From NCBI GenBank assembly GCA_025356575.1, contig JANXSP010000095.1, positions 1,503 through 65,502 of the forward strand: a stretch of 64,000 bases of DNA, given 5' to 3'. Below the pieces are notes generated by a model. That model worked only from the letters and a program-made list of their open reading frames with translations. It did not search any database and was not told where the DNA came from. Numbering within the stretch: the first letter of the stretch is position 1; every line of letters begins with the position of its first letter. Origin of the DNA: Novosphingobium sp. (GTDB lineage: Bacteria; Pseudomonadota; Alphaproteobacteria; Sphingomonadales; Sphingomonadaceae). Both the position numbers and the translations under genes were made by a program. Shown here one piece after another: positions 1 to 7,774 of this stretch.

Positions 1-947
1 CCCAGCACGGTCCGGGCATGTGCCGAATTGTTCTCGCGGATCCGGCCGACTTCGCCGACGAGCTGGCGCGCCGGCGGCATGAACATCGCGAGGACGCGCA
101 CCCCCCAGTCGGGCATCGCCCGCGTCGGCACCTTGCGCGCCTGCGAGCCGAGCTGCTCGCGCAGGATACGGGCAACATCGGCGAACTTGAAGAACGGTCC
201 CGAACTGCCGATGAAGCGTTCGCCGCGCACGGTCTCGTCGCTCGCTTCGAGGCAGCGGACGTGCAGATCGGCGATGTCGCGCACATCGACGATCGAGAAG
301 CCGACATTCGGCAATGCGGGGACCGAGCCGTCGATCAGGCTTTTCACCACTTCGATCGAGGCCGCGAAATCGTCGCTCTCGACCGGGCCGAGCACCGCCA
401 CCGGGTTGACTGTGCAGAACACCATCGCGCCGCCCTCACGCGCCACCCAGTCACGTGCGGCCCGCTCGGCGATCGTCTTGGACTTCACGTAGGGTTGAAC
501 CCCCGGCGCATCGACATCGGTCCAGTCGTTTTCATCGAACAACGTCTTGCCGGGCGGGTGCCCGTACGCGATCGCCGCGGAAGAACTCGTCATCACGAAC
601 CGTGTGACTCCCGCGGCCTTGGCAAAGCGCAGCGCACGCAGCGCGCCTTCGCGCGCGGGTACGATCAGATCGTCGGGATTCCTGGGGACCGAGGTCGGAA
701 ACGGCGAGGCGATATGCGCGACATGGCTGCACCCCGCCATCGCCTCGGCCCAGCCGGCATCGTTTTCCAGATCGGCGGCGAAAATCCCGAGTGTCTCGCT
801 CGTCCCGCCAAGCTGCGCGCGCAACGCCGCTTCCTTGGCCAGACTGCGCACCGTCGTATTCACCCGCCAGCCTTTGGCCAGCAGCTGGCGGATGGTTTCG
901 CCGCCGATATAGCCGCTGCCCCCCGAAACGAATACTTTGCCTGGCAT
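1..947 (-). CDS. NAD-dependent epimerase/dehydratase family oxidoreductase (aldehyde/dihydroflavonol-reductase-like); 3' end lies outside the window
   Basis: Own minus-strand translation from ATG at 947: MPGKVFVSGGSGYIGGETIRQLLAKGW... It has a GxxGxxG Rossmann motif and PYVKSK (YxxxK). It is open to the window edge, so it is absent from the ORF track. Confidence 0.8.
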   Translation of the reverse strand, partial: MPGKVFVSGGSGYIGGETIRQLLAKGWRVNTTVRSLAKEAALRAQLGGTSETLGIFAADLENDAGWAEAMAGCSHVAHIASPFPTSVPRNPDDLIVPAREGALRALRFAKAAGVTRFVMTSSSAAIAYGHPPGKTLFDENDWTDVDAPGVQPYVKSKTIAERAARDWVAREGGAMVFCTVNPVAVLGPVESDDFAASIEVVKSLIDGSVPALPNVGFSIVDVRDIADLHVRCLEASDETVRGERFIGSSGPFFKFADVARILREQLGSQARKVPTRAMPDWGVRVLAMFMPPARQLVGEVGRIRENNSAHARTVL

Positions 948-1045
948 GCCTGCTCTCCCGCTTGCGACCCGCGTATTGAGTTTTATTGGGCAACCTAATA
1001 CGCTTGTCAAACGCCAGGGTGCGCCAAGCTGACAAGGACGAACCG

Positions 1046-1915
1046 ATGCTGATCGTGATGACAGGCGCCACTTCGGGAATCGGGGAAGGCGCGGCGACGC
1101 GCCTGATCGCGGCAGGCCATGAAGTCATTGCCGGGACGCGCGGCACGCCCGCGCCATCCGGAGTGCGCGAGCTTCCGCTCGATCTCGCCAATCTGACCAG
1201 CGTCCGCGCGTTCGCCGCGCAGTGCCCCGATGGCATCGATGCGCTCGTACTCAACGCCGGCATGCAGGTCCACACGATCGAGCAACGAACGGCCGAGGGT
1301 TTCGAGCTGACGTTCGGGGTGAACCATCTGGCGCATTATCTGCTCGCGCGGTTGCTGCTGCCCAAGATCATCGATGGTGGGCGCATCGTCTTCACTTCGA
1401 GCGGGACGCACGATCCCGATGAGAAAACGGGGGTGCCCGCCCCGCGTCATGCCGACGCGCTTCGCCTCGCCGATCCGGCAACCGATCCGGAGGCAGGAAA
1501 ATCCGGGATCGGATCGGGATTGCGGGCCTACTCCACGTCCAAGCTGTGCAACCTGATGACCGCGCGGACGCTCGCAGCGCGGAATGAAGTGACGGCGCGC
1601 GGTATCGCGGTCCATGCCTACGATCCCGGGTTCATTCCCGCTACCGGGCTTGCGCGCAATTCGCCGTGGCCGGTGCGGGCGTTGGTGATGCCGCTGCTGT
1701 CCCGCCTCCCGCTGGGCAAAGGCGCCAACCGCCTGAGCGATGGGGCGGATGCGCTGGCCGGGCTCGCCGATGGAACAATCGCGAACGACCGCGTCTACAT
1801 GTCACTTCGCGGCGGTAAGCCGACCTGGCCCGAACCCTCCAAGCTTGCGCGCGACGATGCGCTATGCGCCAAGCTGTGGGCAGACAGCGCAGCGATGGTG
1901 GGGCTGACGGCCTAG
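1046..1915 (+). CDS. short-chain dehydrogenase/reductase (SDR) family oxidoreductase
   Basis: Track ORF 986..1915. The internal ATG at 1046 gives MLIVMTGATSGIGEGAA (TGxxxGxG). A YSTSK (YxxxK) motif is present. Confidence 0.8.
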   Translation: MLIVMTGATSGIGEGAATRLIAAGHEVIAGTRGTPAPSGVRELPLDLANLTSVRAFAAQCPDGIDALVLNAGMQVHTIEQRTAEGFELTFGVNHLAHYLLARLLLPKIIDGGRIVFTSSGTHDPDEKTGVPAPRHADALRLADPATDPEAGKSGIGSGLRAYSTSKLCNLMTARTLAARNEVTARGIAVHAYDPGFIPATGLARNSPWPVRALVMPLLSRLPLGKGANRLSDGADALAGLADGTIANDRVYMSLRGGKPTWPEPSKLARDDALCAKLWADSAAMVGLTA

Positions 1916-3363
1916 CGCATCAGCACCAGTTCCTCCGCCATCGAGGGATGGAGCGCAACCGTCGCATCGAAATCCGCCTTGGTCAGCCCGGCGCGCACCG
2001 CGATCGCCGCGGCCTGGAGGATCTCGGGCGCCTCGGGTCCGATCATGTGCAGCCCCACGACCCTGTCCGTCGCGGCATCGACGATCATCTTGTAGAGCCC
2101 GCGTTCGTGGCGTCCGGCGAAGACGTTCTTCATCGGGCGGAAGTCGGACGAAAACACCTTGATGCTGCCAAGCGTTTCGCGCGCCTGACCCTCGGTCAGC
2201 CCGACGCCCGCGAGCGGCGGCTGCGAGAAGACCGCGCTGGGGATGAAATCGTAGTCGATGCTGCGCGGATTGTCCCCGAACACGGTGTCGGCGAACGCCT
2301 GGCCCTCGCGGATGGCGATCGGGGTAAGCTGGACGCGGTCGGTGACATCGCCCACCGCGTAGATGCTTTTGCACGATGTCCGGCTGAATTCGTCGACGGG
2401 GATTTCGCCCTTGAGCCCAAGCTTGATCCCGACCTTGTCGAGCCCGAGCCCATCGGTATTGGGCTTGCGTCCCGTAGCGACCATCACGAGGTCGGCGCAG
2501 AACGGGTCGTGGCCCGCCAATGTCACTTGAAAGGTCCCGTCCTCGTTCTTCGCGACGCTGTCGAACGGGCAGTTGAATTTGTACTCGATCCCGCGCGCCA
2601 TCGTGATCTGGAGCAACCGGTCGCGCAGGCTTTCGTCATAACCACGCAGGATCGCATCGCTGCGGTTGACGACGGTGACGTGGCAGCCGAGCGCGTTGAA
2701 GATGCCCGCGAATTCGAGCGCGATATAGCCCGCGCCCGCGATCACCACGCGCTTGGGCAACGATGGCAGGTGGAACACTTCGTTCGAGGTGATGCAATGT
2801 TGCGCGCCTTTGAATTCGGGGATCACCGGCCATGCGCCCGTCGCCACCAGAATGGTCTTGGCGGTATAGGTCTTGCCGCTGGCGAGCTTCACCGAATTGG
2901 GACCGGTGATCGTCGCGCGCTCAAGAAACCGCTCGACCCCGTGGCTTTCGAGAGTCGTGGTATATGCCGCGTTGAGCCGGTCGACATCGCCGAGCACGGT
3001 ATCGCGCAGCACGTTCCAGTCGAAGCTCAGCTTGCCGATGGTCCAGCCGTAATGCGCCGCGTCCTGCAGTTCCTCGGCGAAGTGTGAGCCGTAGACGAGC
3101 AGCTTCTTGGGCACGCAGCCGCGGATGACGCAGGTCCCGCCAATGCGGAACTCCTCGGCCACCGCAACCTTGGCACCGTGCGCCGCGGAAACGCGGCTGG
3201 CGCGGACCCCGCCAGAGCCTGCTCCGATGACGAACAGATCGTAGTCGAACGCGGGTTTTTTGGCGGCCGGAGATTTCGACGAGGACGCCGGCTTCGTGGG
3301 GGGAGCGGGCTTCCTGTCGGGAGCCGGCTTCTGGGCGACTTTCGGCTTCTTGGCGGCGGGCAT
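1912..3363 (-). CDS. gor: glutathione-disulfide reductase with a ~38-aa Lys/Pro/Ala-rich N-terminal extension
   Basis: FDYDLFVIGAGSGG FAD motif, GGTCVIRGCVPKK redox-active disulfide, C-terminal HPSMAEELV. AGGAG lies 6 nt upstream of the ATG at 3363. Confidence 0.9.
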   Translation of the reverse strand: MPAAKKPKVAQKPAPDRKPAPPTKPASSSKSPAAKKPAFDYDLFVIGAGSGGVRASRVSAAHGAKVAVAEEFRIGGTCVIRGCVPKKLLVYGSHFAEELQDAAHYGWTIGKLSFDWNVLRDTVLGDVDRLNAAYTTTLESHGVERFLERATITGPNSVKLASGKTYTAKTILVATGAWPVIPEFKGAQHCITSNEVFHLPSLPKRVVIAGAGYIALEFAGIFNALGCHVTVVNRSDAILRGYDESLRDRLLQITMARGIEYKFNCPFDSVAKNEDGTFQVTLAGHDPFCADLVMVATGRKPNTDGLGLDKVGIKLGLKGEIPVDEFSRTSCKSIYAVGDVTDRVQLTPIAIREGQAFADTVFGDNPRSIDYDFIPSAVFSQPPLAGVGLTEGQARETLGSIKVFSSDFRPMKNVFAGRHERGLYKMIVDAATDRVVGLHMIGPEAPEILQAAAIAVRAGLTKADFDATVALHPSMAEELVLMR

Positions 3364-3430
3364 ATTCAGCTCCTGTTAGGCGCCGCGATATGGCCTCCGC
3401 TCCCGGCAATGCCAAACGCTTTCGGCGCGC

Positions 3431-4960
3431 TTAACCGATCCCCGCCGCGGCGAGCAGCGCGGCGGTGCTGGCGTCGAACTTGCTCCCGCCCGCCTCGATC
3501 GCGTTGGCGATCTCCTTGCCCAGTTCGACCCCCCACTGATCGAAAGGGTTGATCTCCATCAACACTGCATTGGCGAACGTGCGGTGTTCGTGGAACGCGA
3601 TCAGCGCGCCCAACGTCGCCGGATTTAGTTCGTCGATCAGCATGGTTGCCGAGGGCCGGTCTCCGGGATAGGCGCGCGCCGGGTCGCTGCTTGCCTTGCC
3701 CGCCATCAACGCCGCGCCCTGGGCAAAGCAGTTCGAAAGCAGGATCCGGTGGTGCGCTTCGTCGAGCACGTCGCCGGGCGCGATCGCGGCGATGAAATCG
3801 ACCGGCACGATGTTGGTCCCCTGGTGGAGCAGCTGAAACACCGCATGCTGGGCATCGGTGCCGACCCCGCCCCAGGTTATCGGTGCCGTCGGCCCGTGGA
3901 CCGCCCCGCCATCTGCGGTCACCGACTTGCCGTTCGATTCCATCTCAAGCTGCTGCAGATAGAACGGCAACAGCCGCAGCCGCTCGTCATAGGCGAAGCA
4001 GGCCCGCGTCTGGCAGCCGCGCAGACGGGAATAGAACTGATCCGCAAACGCTGCGAGCAGCGGCAGGTTGGCCGGTCCCTCCTCGTCGAGGAAGTGGCGG
4101 TCCATTGCCGCCGCGCCGTCGAGAAGTTCGGCGAATTGCTCCCAGCCCAGCGCCAGCGCAATCGGGAACCCGATCGACGACCACAACGAATAGCGCCCCC
4201 CCACGCTCGCCGGGAACGGCAACACGCGGGTCTCGTCGACCCCCCACTCGACTGCCTTTTCGGGTGCGGCGGTCAACGCGACGACCCGCCCGAAACCGTC
4301 CTCGATCCCGTTGTCACCGAGCCATGCCAGCGCACTGGCGGCGTTGGTCATCGTCTCCATCGTGGTGAATGTCTTGGAGGCGACCGCGATCATCGTCGTC
4401 GCCGGATCGCAGGCAGCGAACGCTTCCTCGAGCGCGCAACCATCGATGTTCGAAACGACGTGAACCGCCACCCGCGAGTCCTCCCGGGCCAGGGCATCGA
4501 TCGCCAGTTTGGGCCCGAGCGCGGACCCGCCGATGCCGATGTGGATCAGGTGCTTGACCTCGCCCAGCACGCCGTCGTGGATCGCCTCGACCAGCCCGCG
4601 CATGCGGGTGTGTAGCGCGGCCGCTTCCTCGACGCTGGTGTCCTTGCCAAGCCCGCGCTGGGCCGTGTGCTCGGCGGCCCGATGCTCACTGGGATTGACG
4701 ATCTCGCCTGCGAACAGCGCAGCGCGCCGCGCCGCGAACTGCGTAGAGCGGGCGAGCCGCTCGAACCCTGCGACATGCGCCGCGTCGAGGTGGGTTTTCG
4801 ACCAGTCGAACCGGATCGTTCCGCCCGGCAGATCGAGCGCGGTGCTGAACCGCTGCAGTCGTCCGGGATCGCCGAACAGCGCGCTCAATGTCGGCCGGGG
4901 GAGCGCCGCGAGTTCGGCCCACAGCGCGGTTGGGAGATCGCCGGGAAGGTCGGTCATCGG
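3431..4960 (-). CDS. pgi: glucose-6-phosphate isomerase
   Basis: Track ORF 3431..5038. IGIGGSALGP and other PGI motifs. Likely start is MTDLPGDL at 4960. Confidence 0.9.
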   Translation of the reverse strand, partial: PMTDLPGDLPTALWAELAALPRPTLSALFGDPGRLQRFSTALDLPGGTIRFDWSKTHLDAAHVAGFERLARSTQFAARRAALFAGEIVNPSEHRAAEHTAQRGLGKDTSVEEAAALHTRMRGLVEAIHDGVLGEVKHLIHIGIGGSALGPKLAIDALAREDSRVAVHVVSNIDGCALEEAFAACDPATTMIAVASKTFTTMETMTNAASALAWLGDNGIEDGFGRVVALTAAPEKAVEWGVDETRVLPFPASVGGRYSLWSSIGFPIALALGWEQFAELLDGAAAMDRHFLDEEGPANLPLLAAFADQFYSRLRGCQTRACFAYDERLRLLPFYLQQLEMESNGKSVTADGGAVHGPTAPITWGGVGTDAQHAVFQLLHQGTNIVPVDFIAAIAPGDVLDEAHHRILLSNCFAQGAALMAGKASSDPARAYPGDRPSATMLIDELNPATLGALIAFHEHRTFANAVLMEINPFDQWGVELGKEIANAIEAGGSKFDASTAALLAAAGIG

Positions 4961-5063
4961 GTCGCTTTCGATCAGGTCCCGCGTTCTATGACGCGTTGCC
5001 GTACCTGCGCCAAGTGTGCTGCAACCGCGAAGCGACAAACGCTTTGCGGCAAACCGGCCAATC

Positions 5064-5085
5064 GTGTATTACTAGAGCAATACAC
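5064..5085. promoter_or_regulatory. perfect 7-bp inverted repeat GTGTATT-N8-AATACAC in the pgi/lepB divergent spacer (candidate operator)
   Basis: Read directly from the sequence. It is the only AT-rich palindrome in this GC-rich spacer. Confidence 0.25.
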
Positions 5086-5117
5086 CAAGCGACTTGACGC
5101 CGCCCGCCGCGGCCAAC

Positions 5118-5987
5118 ATGGACCAGCCGATGAACCAGACGACCCTCAACGCCGACGCCACTGGCGGTCAGCCGATCGAACCAGCTTCGCTGACCTCGGC
5201 CAAGCCGGAAAAGAAGGAAGACAGCTTCTGGGTCTTTTTGCTCAAGCTGGTCGCGGTCGTCGCGATCTTCCGCAGCTTTTTCTTCTCGCCGTTCAACATC
5301 CCCTCGGAATCGATGCTGCCGGGGCTGGAAAACGGCGATTACCTGCTCGCGGCAAAATGGCCCTACGGCTACTCGAGCTACTCGTTGCCGTTCGGTTTGC
5401 CGCTGATCCCCGGGCGCATCCTCGCCCATCAACCCAAGCGCGGCGACGTGGTGATCTTCAAGGCGCCGCCCGCCAACGATTCCGATTACATCAAGCGCGT
5501 CATCGGCCTTCCGGGCGACCAGATCCAGATGATCGGCGGAGTGCTCCAGATCAACGGCAAGCCCGTTCCCAAGGTCCGGGTCGAGGATCTGGTCCAGCAG
5601 GTTTCGCCCAATACCGATTGCTTCGGCGGCCAATTCATGGTGACCGAGACGAGCGGCGCGAAGACCTGTCACTACCCTCGCTTCCGCGAAACCTTGCCCG
5701 AGGGCAAAAGCTATTACGTGCTCGATTTCGGGGCGCGGGAGCAGGATAACACCGCGCCGGTGGTGGTCCCGCAAGGCGCGCTGTTCCTGATGGGCGATAA
5801 CCGCGACAACTCGATGGACAGCCGCTTTCCCGCAGTCGAAGGCGGCGGGGTCGGGCTCGTCCCGCAGGCCAACCTGGTCGGCCGCGCCACCGTGATGATG
5901 TTCTCGACCGACGGTTCCTCGGCCTGGCTAAAGCCGTGGACCTGGTTCACCGCTGCGCGCTGGAACCGCATCGGGACGGCCCTTTGA
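5118..5987 (+). CDS. lepB: signal peptidase I
   Basis: [10 protein letters not shown] (catalytic Ser box) and [12 protein letters not shown] box. Track ORF starts at TTG 5094; the ATG at 5118 is more likely. Confidence 0.9.
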   Translation: MDQPMNQTTLNADATGGQPIEPASLTSAKPEKKEDSFWVFLLKLVAVVAIFRSFFFSPFNIPSESMLPGLENGDYLLAAKWPYGYSSYSLPFGLPLIPGRILAHQPKRGDVVIFKAPPANDSDYIKRVIGLPGDQIQMIGGVLQINGKPVPKVRVEDLVQQVSPNTDCFGGQFMVTETSGAKTCHYPRFRETLPEGKSYYVLDFGAREQDNTAPVVVPQGALFLMGDNRDNSMDSRFPAVEGGGVGLVPQANLVGRATVMMFSTDGSSAWLKPWTWFTAARWNRIGTAL

Positions 5988-6679
5988 GCGCATCCGCCGC
6001 GACTTCGGCGACCCTGTCTGCCGCGACGCGCGCGTTCGTCGGGTCGCTTGCGGGCGAAGCGATCGGCAGCGACGAACCCTACATCGATGCGCTGACCCAC
6101 GGGAGCATGGGCGAGCCGCGCAATTACGAACGGCTCGAGTTTCTCGGCGACCGCGTGCTCGGCCTGGTCATCGCCGAATGGCTGTTCGAGAAGGAAGGCG
6201 ATGCCGAGGGCAAGCTCTCCCAGCGGCTCAACGCGCTGGTCAGCCGCGAGATGTGCGCCGAAATCGCGCGCGACATCGGCCTGGCGGCGCACATGCGGCT
6301 GGGCAAGCAGGCGCGCGACGACGGCGGTGCGGACAGCGACAACATTCTTGGCGATGTCATGGAAGCGTTGATCGGCGCGCGCTTCGTCAGCGCCGGGTTC
6401 GGCCCGGCGCGCGCCATGATCCGCGAACTGTGGCGCCACGCGGTCGCAGGCAAGGCCGGAAAATCCAAGCACCCCAAATCGGCGCTGCAGGAATGGGCTG
6501 CGGGCAACAAGCGCAAGGTGCCCGAATACCAGGTCACCGGGAGATCGGGCCCCGACCACGCGGCCAGCTTCACCGTGACGGTCGCGATCCCCGGAGTGGG
6601 CGAGGCGGCAGCCGGCGGCGCGAGCAAGCAAGACGCCGAGACCGCCGCCGCGGCCGAGTTTTTGAGGCGGTTCGGATGA
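5984..6679 (+). CDS. rnc: ribonuclease III
   Basis: [12 protein letters not shown] RNase III signature plus a C-terminal dsRBD. Track ORF starts at GTG 5936. TTG 5984 overlaps the lepB stop and gives a typical 231 aa. Confidence 0.88.
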   Translation: MSASAATSATLSAATRAFVGSLAGEAIGSDEPYIDALTHGSMGEPRNYERLEFLGDRVLGLVIAEWLFEKEGDAEGKLSQRLNALVSREMCAEIARDIGLAAHMRLGKQARDDGGADSDNILGDVMEALIGARFVSAGFGPARAMIRELWRHAVAGKAGKSKHPKSALQEWAAGNKRKVPEYQVTGRSGPDHAASFTVTVAIPGVGEAAAGGASKQDAETAAAAEFLRRFG

Positions 6680-7580
6680 CGCGAAGATGCGGTCTCGTTG
6701 CGGTGCTCGGCGCGCCGAATGCGGGCAAATCGACGCTCGTCAACGCGCTCGTCGGCCAGAAAGTGGCGATCGTCAGCGCCAAGGCGCAAACCACCCGCGC
6801 CCGGCTCATGGGTATCGCGCTGGCCACAGAAGGTGCGGACGAAGTCCAGATCATCCTCGCGGACACTCCCGGCATTTTCGCGCCCAAGCGCCGGCTCGAC
6901 CGGGCGATGTCGCCGCCGCCTGGGAAGGCGCGAGCGATGCTGACGCGCTGATGCTGCTGGTCGATACCGTCAAGCAGCGCCGCCACGAACTCGTGCCGAT
7001 CCTCGAGGCTTTGAAAGACCGCAAGGAGCGCAAGCTGCTCGTGCTCAACAAGGTCGATGCCGGGGCCAAGGAGCCATTGCTCAAGCTGGCCGAGGAATTC
7101 GTTGCCGCTGCCGGGTTCGACGAGGTGTTCTTTGTCTCTGCGCTGACCGGTGACGGGGTCCCGGAACTCAAGGCGCGCCTCGCCGAGCTGATGCCCGAAG
7201 GCGAATGGCATTATCCCGAGGACCAGGTCTCCGACGCCAGCGAGCGGCTTCTGGCCGCAGAGATCACCCGCGAACAGCTCTACCGCCAGCTTCACGACGA
7301 ACTGCCCTACGATGCCGCCGTCCGGCCCGAAAGCTACACCCAGCGCGCCGACGGCTCGGTCGAAGTACGCCAGCAGATCGTCATCGCGCGGGCCAGCCAG
7401 AAGCCCATCGTCCTGGGCAAGCAGGGCAGCCGGATCAAGGCGATCGGCGAAGCCGCGCGGATGGAACTTTCGGCCATCCTCGGCGTCCCGGTCCATCTGT
7501 TCCTGCACCTCAAGGTCGACGAGAAGTGGGAAGACAGCCGCGAAATCTACGACGAAATCGGGCTCGACTGGGTGAAGTGA
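6676..7580 (+). pseudogene. era: GTPase Era, interrupted by an apparent 1-nt deletion near 6909 (or an assembly indel)
   Basis: G1 [10 protein letters not shown]2 TTR and G3 DTPG lie in the frame of ORF 6178..6951, ending ...RRLDRAM. G4 NKVD and the KH domain lie in the frame of ORF 6687..7580, beginning [12 protein letters not shown]. The two frames share nt 6909. Confidence 0.85.
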
Positions 7581-7594
7581 CGGTCCGCGCCAAG

Positions 7595-7774
7595 CTAGCG
7601 CAACTTCGCGATCCCGATGCTATCGGCCTTGGCGCGGTCTTTGGTCGATTCCTCGCTTCGGTTCAGCGCCTTGGCAATTTCCTTTAGTCCCTTGCCCTTG
7701 CCGGCGAGCGTCTTGAGCTTCTGTAGCTCTTCGGGCTTCCACGGCTGCCGGTGGCGGGTGAAGACTTCGCTCAT
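7595..7774 (-). CDS. small hypothetical protein (59 aa), Myb/SANT- or GcrA-N-terminal-like HTH pattern
   Basis: Own translation: MSEVFTRHRQPWKPEELQKLKTLAGKGKGLKEIAKALNRSEESTKDRAKADSIGIAKLR. The ATG overlaps the topA TGA as ATGA. About 80% G/C at third codon positions, by my own count. It is below the track length cutoff. Confidence 0.55.
   Translation of the reverse strand: MSEVFTRHRQPWKPEELQKLKTLAGKGKGLKEIAKALNRSEESTKDRAKADSIGIAKLR

Noticed and set aside
6900-6915. Programmed -1 ribosomal frameshift in era.
   Set aside because: There is no X XXY YYZ slippery heptamer at the junction (CGG GCG ATG TCG CCG) and no obvious downstream stimulatory structure. An indel, real or artefactual, is more parsimonious.
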